Origin: Anaeramoeba ignava BMAN
Lineage: Eukaryota > Protista > Anaeramoebae
Direction of reading: 5' to 3'
DNA: 64,000 bases
Assembly: GCA_028826165.1 (NCBI GenBank)
Contig: JAPDFW010000061.1
Location: forward strand, 186,001-250,000
A model generated the notes under the pieces. It searched no databases, was not told the origin of the DNA, and saw nothing but the letters and a program-made list of their open reading frames with translations. Position 1 is the first letter of the stretch. Each line of letters starts with the position of its first letter. Made by a program: the position numbers and the translations under genes. Shown here in pieces: positions 12,452 to 27,192 of the stretch.

Positions 12452-15014
12452 ATGGATTGTTTTATATGCAAAAAAAAAACAAAAAAAGGTTATTCTTGTA
12501 AAAAATTTGGCACATTTTATTGTCTTAAATGTCTTCGTATGTTGAATACAGGAGCAAAAGAGGTCAAATGTCCATCTTGTGGTAGAAAAAAAAAATTAAT
12601 TCAACCAAATAAAGTTCAAGTAAACAAATTAATTAAAATCAAATTCAAAATATAAATCAAAATCAAAACCAAAATCAAAGTCAAAATCAAAATCAAAATC
12701 AAAATTAAAATCAAAATCAAAATCAAAATCAAAATCAAAATTAAAATCAAATTCAGAATCAAAATCAAATTCAAATTCAAAATCAAAATTAAAATCAAAA
12801 TCAAAATCAAATTCAATATCAAAATCAAAATCAAAATCAAAGTCAAAATCTAAATTAAAATCAAAATCAAAATTAAAATCAAAATTAAAATCAAAATCAA
12901 AATTAAAATCAAAATTAAAATCAAATTCAAATTCAAATTCAAAATCAAATTCAGAATCAAATTCAAATTCAAATTCAAAATCAAAATCAAAATCAAAATT
13001 AAAATCAAAATCAAAATCAAAATCAAAATCAAAATCAAAATCTAAATCAATATCAAAATCAGAATCAATATCAAAATCAAAGTCAAAATCACTTTCAAAG
13101 TCAAAATCACTTTCAATTCCAAAGTCAAAATCCAAATCACTTTCACTTTCAAAGTCAAAATCACTTTCAATTTCAAAGCCAAAATCAAAATAAACCGAAA
13201 ACAAATTATGATTCGCAAATGTGTTCTTTTTTACAACAAGGATGGTGTAATTCATATCAACATTTTAAAAAAAATGATCCAATAGAACATCCACCAAGTA
13301 AAATAGTATGTCCTAGTTTTTATAAAGGAGAATCATGTTATTCATATAATTGTCCATATACTCATCCAAGAGCTGAAGATTTTTTGGAATGGAGAAATAA
13401 AATTTTAAGTCAAAATCCAAATGTTGAAGATATTAAAAAAACTAATTGTTTTTTCCTTGATCAAAGACCAAAAACTCATAGCATAAGTAAGAAAAATCAA
13501 AATCAAAATTAAAATTAAAATTAAAATCTAAATCAAAATCAAAATCTAAATATAAATACAAATCTAAATCAAAATTAAAATCAAAATCAAATTCAAAATC
13601 AAATTCAAATTCAAAATTAAATCCAATATAAATCAAAATCAAAATTAAAATTAAAATTAAAATCTAAATCAAAATTAAAATTAAAATCTAAATTAAAATC
13701 TAAATCTAAATATAAATCAAAATGAAAATGAAAATCAAAATTCAAATTTAAAATCAAAATCAATATCAAATTCAAAATATAAATCAAAATCAAAATCAAA
13801 ATCAATATCAAAATCAAAATCAAAATCAAAATCAAAATCAAAATCAAAATCAATATCAAAATCAAAACCAAAATCAAAATCAAAACCAAAATCAAAATCA
13901 AAATCAAAATCAATTTCAATTTCAATTTCAATTTCAAAATCAATTTCAATTTCAAAATCAAATTAAAAATTAAAATCAATTTCAAAATCAAAATAATTCA
14001 ATATCAAATTAAAAATTGAAAATTAAAATTAAAATTAAAATCAAATTCAAAACTAAAATCATAATTAAAATCAAAATCAAAATCAAAATTAATTCCAAAA
14101 TTAAAATTAAAATTAAAATCAAATTCAAAACTAAAATCATAATTAAAATCAAAATCAAAATCAAAATTAATTCCAAAATTAAAATAAAAATTCAAATCAA
14201 AATCGGAAAAAAATTTTTAAACATTTTTTTGAATTTTAAATAGAATGTCGAAATGAACAATTAAGTTATGATCATTATGGTAATCCTTACGCTTATTCAA
14301 GTCGTTCAAATCACTGCACAAATAAAATGTGTCCTTATGAACATCCTAAATTTCCATATGATTTAAAATCAAAATTTAAATACGATAATTTCAAATATCA
14401 AAATAAAAATCAAAATCAAAATCATCATCATTATCATTCCCATCAAAGTCAAAGTTATTACCATCAAAGTCAAAAGGAAAAAGAAAATGAAAATGAAATC
14501 AAAGATAAATTTAAAACTCCATTTCAAAATTATCTTCAAAATTCAAATCAAATTCAGCTTCAAAATCCAAATCAATTTCAAAATAATTCAAAATCAAAAT
14601 CAAAATCAATTTCAAAATAATCAAAATCCAAATCAATTTCAAGATGATTCAAATCAATTTCAAAATAATGAAAATCAAAATCAATTTCAATTTCAAGATG
14701 ATTCAAATCAATTTCAAGATGAAAAAAAGAAACACAAAAAGAAAGATAAAAAAGATAAGAAAGATAAGAAAGATAAAAAAAAGAAAAAGAAAGAAAAAAA
14801 AGAAAAACAAAAATCCAAAAACAAAAAGAAACACAAACATAAAAAAGAGAATCAAATCCAAACTCAGAATCAAGATTCAAATCAAAATCAAAATCAAAAT
14901 GAAAATCAAAAAATCAAAATTAAAATTAAACATAAACATAAACATAAACATAAAAAAGAAAAGAAAAAATCAAATGAAAATGATAATGAAAATGATAATG
15001 ATAATCAAAACTAA
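12452..15014 (+). CDS. ZF-array gene 2: RING-like + CCCH block + Lys/His-rich tail
   Basis: Exon 1 12452-12619. Exon 2 ends 13486 (acceptor uncertain, possibly 13063; core starts 13219). Exon 3 starts 14244. Frame change near 14600. Confidence 0.75.
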
Positions 15015-15316
15015 AATAAATTTCGAAATCAAAATCAAAATTAAAAAAGAAAAGAAAAATTCACTTTTTTTTTGGATCGTTTTTTTTTAAAAGAAAAATT
15101 TAAATTTCCAAATAAAAATTCAAAAATTCCAAAAGAAAAAAATTTCATTCCATTTTTTTCCCAGATTTTATTGAGGATTTTTTTGAAAAGAATTTGAATG
15201 AAAAAAGAAAATTGAAAAAAAAGGAAAAAGAAAAAAAAGGAAAAAGAAAAAAAAAGATTTTAATTTATTTTATTTTTATTTTTCATTTTTTGCTTTTTTT
15301 TATTATTTTTATTAAA

Positions 15317-18310
15317 ATGATGAATTATTGTTTTATGTGTCAAGCGCCAACATCAATAGGTCATAAATGTCCAGCAAATGGATTCTTTTATTGCCCTCAA
15401 TGTTCTATTAAAATCAGTAACAATTCTAAATGTCCGCATTGTGGTGAAAAAATTGATTTTCCTCAAGAAATGATTCAAGTTCAACAACAATTTATTGTAT
15501 TCTTTTTAATTCTTTTTTTTTCTAAATCACATTCAAATTCAAATTAAAATTAAAATCAAAAATCAAAATCTAAATCAAATTTAAAATTAAAATCAAAATT
15601 CAAATTCAAATTTAAATTTAAATATAAATCAAAATCAAAATCAAAATTTAAATCAAAATCAAAATCAAAATCAAAATCAAAATCAAATTTAAAATTAAAA
15701 TCAAAATTCAAATTCAAATTTAAATTTAAATTCAAATTCAAAATCAAAATCAAAATCAAAATCAAAATCAAAATCAAAATCAAATTCAAATTCAAAATTA
15801 AAATTAAAATTAAAATTAAAATATCAAAATTAAAAATCAAAATCAAAATCAAAATCAAATCAAAAAAAATCAAAATGACAAAATCAAATCAAAAAAATCA
15901 AAAATAAAAAAAATCAAAAATCAAAATCAAAAATCAAAAAATCAAAATCAAAATCAAAATCAAAATTAAAATCAAAATCAAATTCAAATCAAAATTCAAA
16001 ATAAAATCAAAATCAAATTCAAAAATCAAAATCAAAATCTAAATCAAAATCAAAATCAAAATCAAAATCAAAATTAAAATCAAAATCAAAATCAAAATCA
16101 AAATTAAATTCAAAATCAAATACAAATTCAAAATCAAAATCAAAATCAAAATCAAAATCAAAATCAAATTCAAAATCAAAATCAATATCAAAATCAAAAT
16201 CAAAATTTAAAATTAAAATTAAAATCAAAATTCAAAATTAAAATTAAAATCAAAATTCAAATCAAATTCAAAATCAAAATTCAAATTAAAATCAAAATTA
16301 AAATCAAAATCAAAATCAAAATCAAAATCAAAATCAAAATCAAAATTCAAAATTAAAATAAATAGCCACAAGATGATTCAAGAATGTGTCCTTATTTACA
16401 ACAAGGATGGTGTCATGATTATCAACATTACAAAACAAATGATCAGGAAATACATCCAACAAATAGGATAGTATGTCCTAAATTTTATAAAGGAAAATCA
16501 TGTAAATCATCTAATTGTCCATATAATCATCCAAGAGTTGAAGATTTTTTGGAATGGAGAAATAAAATTTTAAGTCAAAATCCAAATGTTGAAGATATTA
16601 AAAAAACTAATTGTTTTTTCCTTGATCAAAGACCAAAAACTCATAAAACAAGTAAGAAAAATCAAATTCAAATTCAAATTTTAAAATCAAAAATAAAAAT
16701 CAAATTAAAATCAAAATCAAAATCAAAATCAAAATCAAAATCAAAATCAAAATTAAAATCAAAAATAAAAATCAAATTCAAAATTCAAATTCAAAATCAA
16801 AATCAAAATTCAAAATTAAAATTAAAATTAATAAACATTCTCTTGAATTTTAAATAGAATGTCGAAATGAAAAATCATCACATTTTAGTCATTTCGAAAA
16901 AAGTTGTGAAGTTAAAATGTGTGGATATGAACATCCTAACTTTCCATCTAAATTAAAATCAAAAATGGATGATTATAATCCAACTTATAAAAATCAAAAT
17001 CCAAATAAAAATAAAAATAAAAATAAAAATAATGCTCAGAATAAATTTACAACTCCATTTCAAAATCAACTTCAAAATCAAAATTTAAATACAAATCAAT
17101 TTCCAAATCAAAATCAAAATCAATTTCCAAATCAAAATCAATTTCAAAATCAAAATCAACTTCAAAATCAAAATCAAAATCAAATTCAACTTCAAAATCA
17201 AAATTTAAATATAAATCAAAATCAAAATCAATTTCCAAATCAAATTCAAAATCAAAATCAATTTCCAAATCAAAATCAATTCCCAAATCAAAATCAAAAT
17301 CAAAATCAAAATCAAAATCAAAATCAAAATCAATTTCCAAATCAAAATTTAAATATAAATCAACTTCCAAATCAAAATCAAAATCAAAATCAATTTCCAA
17401 ATCAAAATCAATTTCAAAATCAATTTCAAAATCAAGAACAAAACATGGATTACAAACAAAAACATAAGCATAAACACAAGCATAAACATAAAAAAGAAAA
17501 GATGAATTCTGATCAAAATCAAAATCAAGAACAAAATCAAAATCAATTTCCAAATCAAAATCAAAATCAATTTCAAAATCAATTTCAAATATAAATCAAC
17601 TTCCAAATCAAAATCAAAATCAAAATCAATTTCAAAATCAAAATCAATTTCAAAATCAATTTCCAAATCAAAATCAAGAACAAAACATGGATTACAAACA
17701 AAAGCATAAGCATAAACACAAGCATAAACATAAAAAAGAAAAGATGAATTCTGATCAAAATCAAAATCAAAATCAAAATCAAAATCAATTTCCAAATCAA
17801 AATCAAGAACAAAACATGGATTACAAACAAAAACATGAGAAAAAACATAAACATAAAAAAGAAAAGAATAAATTAGATCAAAATCAAGAACAAAATCAAA
17901 ATCAATTTCCAAATCAAAATCAATTTCCAAATCAAAATCAATTTCCAAATCAAAATCAAAATCTAAATCAATTTCAAAATCAATTTCAAAATCAAGAACA
18001 AAACATGGATTACAAACAAAAACATGAGAAAAAACATAAACATAAAAAAGAAAAGATTAAATTAGATCAAAATCAAGAACAAAATCAAAATCAATTTCCA
18101 AATCAAAATCAAGAACAAAACATGGATTACAAACAAAAGCATAAACATAAACACAAGCATAAACATAAAAAAGAAAAGATGAATTTTGATCAAAATCAAA
18201 ATCAATTTCAATTTCAATTTCAAAATCAAGAACAAATTCAAAATCAAAAAAACACAAAATCAAAATCAAATTCAAAATCAAAAAAACACAAAAACAAACA
18301 AGATAATTAA
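15317..18310 (+). CDS. ZF-array gene 3: RING-like + CCCH block + NQ/HK repeat tail
   Basis: Exon 1 from 15317 (donor 15479 or 15497), exon 2 16366-16651, exon 3 from 16858. Frame change near 17590. Tail has five EQNMDYKQKH.. repeats. Confidence 0.78.
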
Positions 18311-18464
18311 ATTCCACTTTTTCAACTTTCAAAAAAGAAAATTAAAAAACAAAATAAAAATAAAGAAAAAAGAAGAATTTTTATTTTTCGTTTTTTAATT
18401 TTCCGAATTTTCCTTTTTTTTTCATTTTTCTTTTTCATTTTTTTTTCCTTTTTTATTTTAAAAG

Positions 18465-21400
18465 ATGAATACTTGTACATTTTGTAAACAAGAAACGCAA
18501 ATAGTTCATCATTGCAAACTAATTAAAGCTAATCTTTGTTTTCAATGTTTTGTGCAAAAGTATCCAAGTTCAATATGTGGAGTTTGTCATGAAAATGTTA
18601 ACATTCCTGGATATATACCAAAACAAGTAAAATAAAAAAGCAAAAAACAAATTAAATTTTTTTTCCTTTTTTTTTTCTATTTCAATCAAAATTTAAATTA
18701 AATTCAAAATTCAAAATTAAAATCAAAATTAAAAATTCAAATTAAAATTAAATTCAAAATTTAAATTAAAATCTAAATCAAAATTTGAATTAAAATTCAA
18801 AATCAAAATTAAAATCTAAATCAAAATTTGAATTAAAATTAAAATTAAAATTAAAATCAAAATTAATGAACATAGCTCAAAAATTTACAGAAGAATAATT
18901 TTGTTATTATTCTGTAAATTTTGAATGGGAATCTCTTTTAAAAACTCTTTTTTTTAAGTTCACAGAATAATAATAAAAATTATTCTTCTGTGGAATCAAA
19001 AAATTCGTAAAAATTCGTCAAAATTGAAACCCAAATTTCTTAAAAATTGAGAAAAATTTTCCCTAATTCCTAAATTCATAAAATTCAAAATCATCATTTT
19101 TCCCAACTTTTGGGTTTTTCAGTTCATTAAATATAAATTAAATTTAAATTCAAATTCAAATTTTTCAAAAATATTTTTCACTCGCGTCGTTACACTCCGC
19201 TCGTGAAAAACAAATTAAAATCACTCGAAAAAGATTTTAAAAATTTTTAGAAAATAATAATTTTCTTATTATCGTGTTAAAAATTATTAAAATCAAAAAT
19301 CAAAATTCAAAATCAAAATCAAAATTAAAATCAATTTCAAAATCAAAATCAAAATCAAAATCAAAAATTAAATTTAAAATCAAAATTAAAATCAAATTCA
19401 AAATCAAATTCAAAATTTAAATCAAAATTAAAATTCAAATTTAAATTCAAATTTAAATTCAAATTCAAATTCAAAATTAAAACCAAAAATAATATTTAAA
19501 TTCAAAATTCAAATCAAAATCAAAATCAAAATCAAATTCAAAATCAAAATCAAAATTAAATTCAAATTCAAAATCAAAATCAAAATCAAAATCAAAATCA
19601 AAATCAAATTCAAAATCAAAATCAAAATCAAAATTAAAATTAAAATTAAAATTAAAATTAAAATCAAAATCAAAATCAAATTCAAATTCAAAATTAAAAT
19701 CAAATTCAAATTCAAATTCAAAATCAAAATCAAAATCAAATTCAAATCAAAAATCAAAATCAAAATCAAATTCAAAATTAAAATCAAATTCAAATTCAAA
19801 ATCAAATTCAAATTCAAATTCAAAATTTAATTAAAATACAAAACTAAAATCAAAATCAAATTAAAATTCAAACCAGAATCCAATGCAAACAGGAGGCAAT
19901 GATCATTCAGGAATGTGTTCTTTTTTACAAAAAGGATGGTGTAATTCATATCAACATTTTAAAGCAAAGGATCAAACAGAACATCCACCAGATCGGATAG
20001 TATGCCCTAAATTTTATAAAGGAGAATCATGCTATTCATATGATTGCCCATATGCTCATCCAAGAGCTGAAGATTTTTTGGAATGGAGAGGTCAACTTTT
20101 AAGTCAAAATCCTGGTATTCAAGATATTAAAAAAACTAATTGTTTTTTCCTTGATCAAAGACCAAAAACTCACAAACACAGTAAGAAAAATCAAATTCAA
20201 AATCAAAATTAAATTCAAAATCAAATCCAATTTCAAAATAATCAAAATCAAAATCAAATCAAAATTAAATTCAAAATTAAAATTAAAATTAAAATCAAAA
20301 TTAAAATCAAAATTAAAATCAAAATCAAAATCAAAATCAAAATCAAAATCAAAATCAAAATCAAAATCAAATTCAAATTGAAATTGAAATTGAAATTGAA
20401 ATTAAATTCAAAATCAAAATTAAATTCAAATTGAAATTGAAATTGAAATTGAAATTAAATTCAAAATCAAAATTAAATTCAAAATTAAAATCAATTTCAA
20501 AATCTTAATTTATCATCATTTTAATAATTTGAAATAGAATGCCGAAATGAATCATCTGGATATTATTATTCTTACGGATATTCGGGTTATTCAATTCATT
20601 CAAAACGTTGTAAAGATAAAATGTGTCCATATGAACATCATAACTTTCCATATAAATTAAAATCAAAAATGGATGATTTTATTCCAAAATATTCTAATAC
20701 AAATGATTTTAATCCAAATTCAACACACAGTGGAGTTGCTAATAAATTTCAAACACCATTTCAAAATACCATCCCAATGCCAAATTCAATGCAAAACCAA
20801 AACCCAATGCCAAATTCAATGCCAAATCAAAACCCAATGCCAAATTCAATGCCAAATCAAAACCCAATGCCAAATTCAATGCCAAATTCAATGCAAAATC
20901 AAAATCAAAATCAAAATCCAAATCAAAATCAAAATCCAAAATCAATTCCCCAAACACAAAGAAAATCACATCCAAGATCAAAAAAATCAACTACAAAATC
21001 AAAAAAATCCTATTCAAATTCAAAATCAAATTCAAAATCAAATTCAAATTCATATTCATATTCATATTCAGATTCATATTCATATTCAGATTCATATTCA
21101 GATTCAGATTCAAATTCAAATTCCAATCCAGATTCAAAATCAAAAACCAAATCAAAATCAAATTCAAAACAAATTCCTGATTCAAAATCAAATTCAAAAC
21201 AAATTCATTCAAAAAAAAAAGGAAAGGAATCAAAACAAAAAGGAAAGGAATCAAAACAAAAAGGAGAAAAATCAACAAAAGGAAAGGAATCAAAACAATC
21301 CAAGAAAAATCCACAAAACGCACAATCAAAATTAGAATCAACTGATTCTGAAATTGATACAATAAATAAAAACCCAAAATCAAAACCCAAGCCAAAAACA

Positions 21401-22858
21401 AAAACAGAATCAAAAAAACAACCCAAACATAATAAGGATAAACATCATCAACAAGATTCGTTTAACCAAATAAATCAAATTCAATATGCAAATCAAAATC
21501 AAATGAACCAAGTTAGCGATCAATATCAAAATCAATTTCCAAATCAAGAAAAAGGAAAGCATAAAAATAAATCAAATCAAAATCAAAATCAAAATCAAAA
21601 TCAAAGTCAAAGTCAAAGTCAAAATCAAAATGATAAAGAAAATGAGAATGAAACAAACTCAAAAAAAAAACATGGACATAAACATAAACATAAACATAAA
21701 CATGAGAACAAAGATATAAACGAACAAATTTCAAATCAAAATCAAAATCAAATCCAACAAAAAGAAAGCAATAAAAACAAAAAGCCGAAAAAAAGCAAAA
21801 ATCAAAATCAAAATCAAAATCAAAATCAAAATCAAAATCAAATTCAAAATCAAAGTGAAAGTCAAAGTCAAAGTCAAAGTCAAAGTGATAATGAGAATGA
21901 AACAAACCTAAAAAAAGAACATAGGCATAAACATAAACATAAACATAAACATAAACATGGACACAAAAAAAAACAGAATAATATGCAAGATTCAAATCAA
22001 GATCCAACTCAATTTCAAGATCAAAATCAAAATCAAAGTGAAAGTCAAAGTCAAAGTCAAAGTGATAATGAGAATGAAACAAACCTAAAAAAAGAACATA
22101 GGCATAAACATAAACATAAACATAAACATGGACACAAAAACAAACAGAATAATATGCAAGATTCAAATCAAGATCCAACTCAATTTCAAGATCAAAATCA
22201 AATTCAAGATCAAGAACAAAACATGGATTACAAACAACATGAGAAAAAACATAAACATAAAAAAGAAAGGAATAAATTAGATCAAAATCAAAATCAAAGT
22301 GAAAGTCAAAGTCAAAGTCAAAGTGATAATGAGAATGAAACAAACTTAGAAAACAAGGATGGACATAAACATGGACATAAACATAAACATAAACATAAAC
22401 ATAAACATAAACATGAGGACAAAGATCTAAACGAACAAATTTCAAATCAAAATCAAAATGAAATTTCAAATCAAAATAAAAATCAAATCCAACAAAAAGA
22501 AAGCAATAAAAACAAAAAGCCGAAAAAAAGCAAAAATCAAAATCAAATTCAAAATCAAATTCAAAATCAAAGTCAAAGTCAAAGTGAAAGTGAAAATCAA
22601 AGTCAAGGTGATAATGAGAATGAGAATGAAACAAACCCAAAAAAAAAACATGATAAAAAACATAAACATAAACATAAACATGAGAACAAAGATATAAACG
22701 AAAAAATTCAAAATCAAAAAAAAGAACAAAAAAATGATAAAAAACATAAACATAAAAAAGAAAAGAATAAATTAGATAAAAATCAAGAACAAAATCAAAA
22801 TCAATCGAAAACAAAAAGAAAACATGGAAAAAAACATGGAAACAAAAAACATAATTAA
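18465..22858 (+). CDS. ZF-array gene 4 (apparently intact): RING-like + CCCH block + long S/K/H/N/Q tail
   Basis: Exons 18465-18626 (MNTCTFC..HHC..CFQC..CGVC, below the ORF-track cutoff), 19877-20180, 20538-22858; all in frame. Confidence 0.85.
18863..19280. mobile_element. Putative non-autonomous insertion in intron 1 of gene 4
   Basis: Unique sequence interrupting hexamer repeat. TTAATGAAC (18863-18871) is inverted to GTTCATTAA (19122-19130). Internal palindromes and a GC-rich hairpin at 19174-19210. Absent from paralogous introns. Confidence 0.5.
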
Positions 22859-23035
22859 ATTCCACTTTTTCAATTTTCAAAAAAGAAAAGAAATTAAGCA
22901 ATTTATTTTACTTTTTTTATTCAAAAATCAATTTATCTTTTTTCAATTCCCAAAAAAAAGGAAAAATGAAATAATTTTAATTTCTTTTTATTTTCAAAAA
23001 ATTAAAAAATAAAAAAAAAGAAGAAAGTGGAATTT
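22857..23035. promoter_or_regulatory. Intergenic spacer bounded by inverted 12-mer AAATTCCACTTT...AAAGTGGAATTT (representative copy)
   Basis: Same inverted pair at 9305/9375, 27195/27362 and 35107/35273; partly degenerate pairs at 40953/41107 and 47404/47639. Function inferred only. Confidence 0.45.
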
Positions 23036-23110
23036 TAATTTAAAAAAAAAAGAAAAAAGAGGAAAAAATTTTTTTCATTTTTCATTTTTTTTCCTTTTTC
23101 TTTTCAAAGG

Positions 23111-26100
23111 ATGGATCGTTGTTCAATTTGTCGCCAAACAAAACAAATATCACACAAATGCCCAAAAACTGGTTTTCTTTTTTGTGAAAAATGTTTTGGG
23201 AATTTAGCTCCAGATTTGATATGTCCATTTTGTCACCCAAAACCTGACCAAAATAATAAAAAAAAAGAAAATCAAGTAAAATAACAAAAAACAAAATCAA
23301 TTTCTTTTTTTCTCCAATTCTCATTAAAAATCAAAATCAAAATCAAAATCAAAATCAAAATCAAAATCAAAATCTAAATCAAAACTAAATTCAAATTCAA
23401 ATTCAATATCAAATTCAAAATCAAAATCAAATTCAAAATCAAAATTAAAATCAAATCCAATATAAATCCAAAATCAAAATCAAAATCAAAATCAAAATCA
23501 AAATCAAAATCAAAATCAAAATCAAAATCAAAATCAAAATCAAAATTAAAATCTAAATCTAAATCAAAATCAAAATCAAATTCAAAATCAAATTCAAAAT
23601 TAAAATTAAAATCAAAATCAAAATTAAAATTAAAATCAAAATCAAAATCAAAATCAAAATCAAAATCAAAATCAAAATCAAAATCAAAATCAAAATCTAA
23701 ATCTAAATCAAAATCAAAACCAAAATCAAATTCAAATTCAAATTTAAAATCAAAATCAAAATCAAAATCAAAATCAAAATCAAAATCAAATCAAAATCAA
23801 AATCAAAATCAAAATCTAAATCAAATTCAAATTCAAATTCAAAATCAATTTCAAAATCAAAATAATTCAATATCAAATTAAAAATTGAAAATTAAAATTA
23901 AAATTAAAATCAAATCCAATATAAATCCAAAATCAATATCAAAATCAAAATCAAAATCAAAATCAAATTCAAATTCAAATTCAAAATTCAAAATTCAAAA
24001 TTAAATTTGAAATCAAAATCAAAATCAAAATCAATATCAAAATTAAAATCAAAATCAAATTCAAAATCAAAATCAAAATCAAATTAAAATTCAAAATCAA
24101 AATTAAAATCAAAATTAAAATCAAAATTAAAATCAAAATTGAAATCAAATTCAAATTCAAAATCAAAATCAAAATCAAATTCAAAATCAAATTCAAAATC
24201 AAATTCAAAATCAAATTCAGAAACAAAAAAGAGAATATGATGATTCCAAAATGTGCTCTTTGTTAGAAAAAGGATGGTGTAATTCTTTTGAGCATTATAA
24301 AGAAAATGATAAAACAAAACATCCACCAAGTAAAATAGTATGCCCTAAATTTTATAAAGGGGAATCATGTAATTCATCTAATTGTCCATATGTTCATCCA
24401 AGAGCTGAAGATTTTTTGGAATGGAGAAATAAAATTTTAAGTCAAGATCCAAATGTTCAAGATATTAAAAAAACTAATTGTTTTTTCCTTGATCAAAGAA
24501 AAAAGCGTGATAAAAAAGGTAAGAAAAATCAAATTAAATTTTTCCTTCAATTTTAAAAATTCAAAATTGGAAAAAAACAATTTTAATAATTTTTTTATTT
24601 TAAATAGAATGTCGAAATCACAAATCGGGTTTTCTTAAAGGTTTGAGAATTTGTGAAAATAAAATGTGTGCATTTGAACATAAAAAATTTCCACCTAAAT
24701 TAAAATCAAAAATGAATGATTATCTTAAAAAAGATTCCAATAAAACTGATTTTGATCAAAATTCAAATCAAGAATTAACTGATGATGCAATTAACCAAAA
24801 TCAAAATCAAAATCAAAATCAAAATCAAAACCAAAATCAAAATAAAAATCAAAATCCAAATTCAATGCAAAATTCAATTCAAAATTCAATTCAAAATTCA
24901 ATTCAAAGTCAATATAAATATGAATATCAAAATGAATCAAATAGAAAAAAACCGAAAAAAAATTCAACTTCAACTCCAACTTCAAATTCAACTTCAACTT
25001 CAACTTCCGACCGTACAATATCTTCACCAATAGATTCAGATTCAGATTCAGATTCAGATTCAGATTCAGATTTAGATTCGGAATTAGATCAAAATCAAAA
25101 TCAAAATCAATTTCAAAATCAAAATCAAAATTCAGATTCAAATTCCGACCGTACAATATCTTCACCAATAGATTCAGATTCAGATTCAGATTCAGATTCG
25201 GATTCGGAATTAGATCAAAATCAAAATCAAATTCAAATTCAAAATCAAAATCAAAATCAAAATCAAAATCAAAATCAAAATCAAAATCAAAATCAAAATC
25301 AAAATCAAAATCAAGATTCAAATTTAAAAATCCAGCAAATTATAAACCAAAATCAAATTCAAAATCAAAATAAAATATTTGAAGGATATAAATCTCTTTT
25401 AAATTCAAATACTTTTTATGATTTCAAAATTATAATTGATTCTAATAATACAGAAATTAAATGTCATAAAGCAATTCTTTATTCTCAACTTCAATTCTTC
25501 AAAAATTATTTTAAAGAACAAAATTCAAATGAATTTCATTTTGAAACAGAAAATGAAAAAGATGTGAAAGAAGTTATCAATTTTATTTATACAAATCAAA
25601 TTAATTTAAATTTAAATAATTTAATTGAAATTTGGTTTATTTCACAAAAATTAGAATATGAATTATTAATTAATTTAACTGAAAAAATAATTCTAAATCA
25701 AATTAATGAAAATTTAATTTTAGAAAGTTTAATCAAAAGTGAAAAACTTCAAAGAAACAAAATTAACAAAAATTTTAAAGAATTTATTCAAAAAAACTTT
25801 CAAAAAATAATTTTAAATGATAAAATATTTGAATTATCAATTCATAAAATTGAAGAAATAATTGAAATTGGAATTGAAAATCAACAACCAACATTTGAAT
25901 TACTTTCTTTATTAACAAATTTTTCAAATAGATATCAAAATTTCCAAATACAAAAACAAATTCAAAATCAAAATCAAAATCAAATTCAAATTCAAAATCA
26001 AATTTCAAAAAAACATAAAACAATTCCAAAAGAATTACCAATTTTAAATCAATTTAGTTCTTTTTTGACAAATATTGAAAATATGTTCTCAATCCAACAA

Positions 26101-27192
26101 AAACAACAACTTCAAAATTTACCAAATCAATTCATTAATTTTATTTCCCAAACACATCAAGATTATCAAAAATCAAAACAAACAACAATTTCAAATCTAT
26201 TATCAATATCAAAATCAAAATCAAAACCAAAATCAAATTCAAAACCAAAATCAAATTCAAAACCAAAACCAAAACCAAATTCAAAACCATCAAAATTGGA
26301 TCAAATAACCCAACAAAATCAAATTCAAAATCAAAATCAAAATCAAAATCAAAATCAAAATCAAAATCAAAATCAAAATCAAAGTGAAAGTCAAAGTCAA
26401 AGTCAAAGTGATAATGAGAATGAGAATGAAACAAACTCAGAAAAAAAACATAAACATAAACATAAACATAAACATGAGAACAAAGATATAAACGAACAAA
26501 TTTCAAATCAAAATGAAAATGAAATTTCAAATCAAAATCAAAATCAAATCCAACAAAAAGAAAGCAATAAAAACAAAAAGCCGAAAAAAAGCAAAAATCA
26601 AAATCAAAATCAAAATCAAAATCAAAATCAAAATCAAAATCTAAATCAAAATTAAAATCAAAATCAAAATAAAAGTCAAAGTCAAAGTCAAAGTGATAAT
26701 GAGAATGAAAATGAGAATGAAACAAACCCAAAAAAAAAACATGGGCATAAACATAAACATAAACATAAACATGAGAACAAAGATCTAAACGAACAAATTT
26801 CAAATCAAAATCAAAATGAAATTTCAAATCAAAATAAAAATCAAATCCAACAAAAAGAAAGCAATAAAAACAAAAAGCCGAAAAAAAGCAAAAATCAAAA
26901 TCAAAATCAAAATCAAAATCAAAATCAAAGTGAAAGTGAAAATCAAAGTGATAATGAAAATGAGAATGAAACAAACCCAAAAAAAAAACATGGGCATAAA
27001 CATAAACATAAACATAAACATGAGAACAAAGATATAAACGAAAAAATTCCAAATCAAAATCAATATCAAGAACAAAAAAATGATAAAAAATATAAACATA
27101 AAAAAGAAAAGAATAAATTAGATCAAAATCAAAATCAAAATCAAACGAAAACAAAAAAACATGGAAAAAAACATGGAAACAAAAAAAAATAA
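23111..27192 (+). CDS. ZF-array gene 5: RING-like + CCCH block + BTB + HK tail
   Basis: Exons 23111-23275, 24221-24518, 24608-26655. BTB at ~25400-25800. In-frame TAA at 26653-26655 inside an NQ repeat; the same frame continues with homologous tail to TAA at 27190-27192. Confidence 0.82.

Noticed and set aside
18863-19130. Assignment to piggyBac because of TTAA flanks
   Set aside because: Ends are not the usual CCY..RGG type, the TIR is only 5 bp beyond TTAA and no transposase is present; kept as an unclassified insertion.
26653-26655. Alternative genetic code (TAA=Gln)
   Set aside because: TAA terminates conserved ORFs (2072, 6949, 9280, 22858) and does not occur in frame inside conserved domains.
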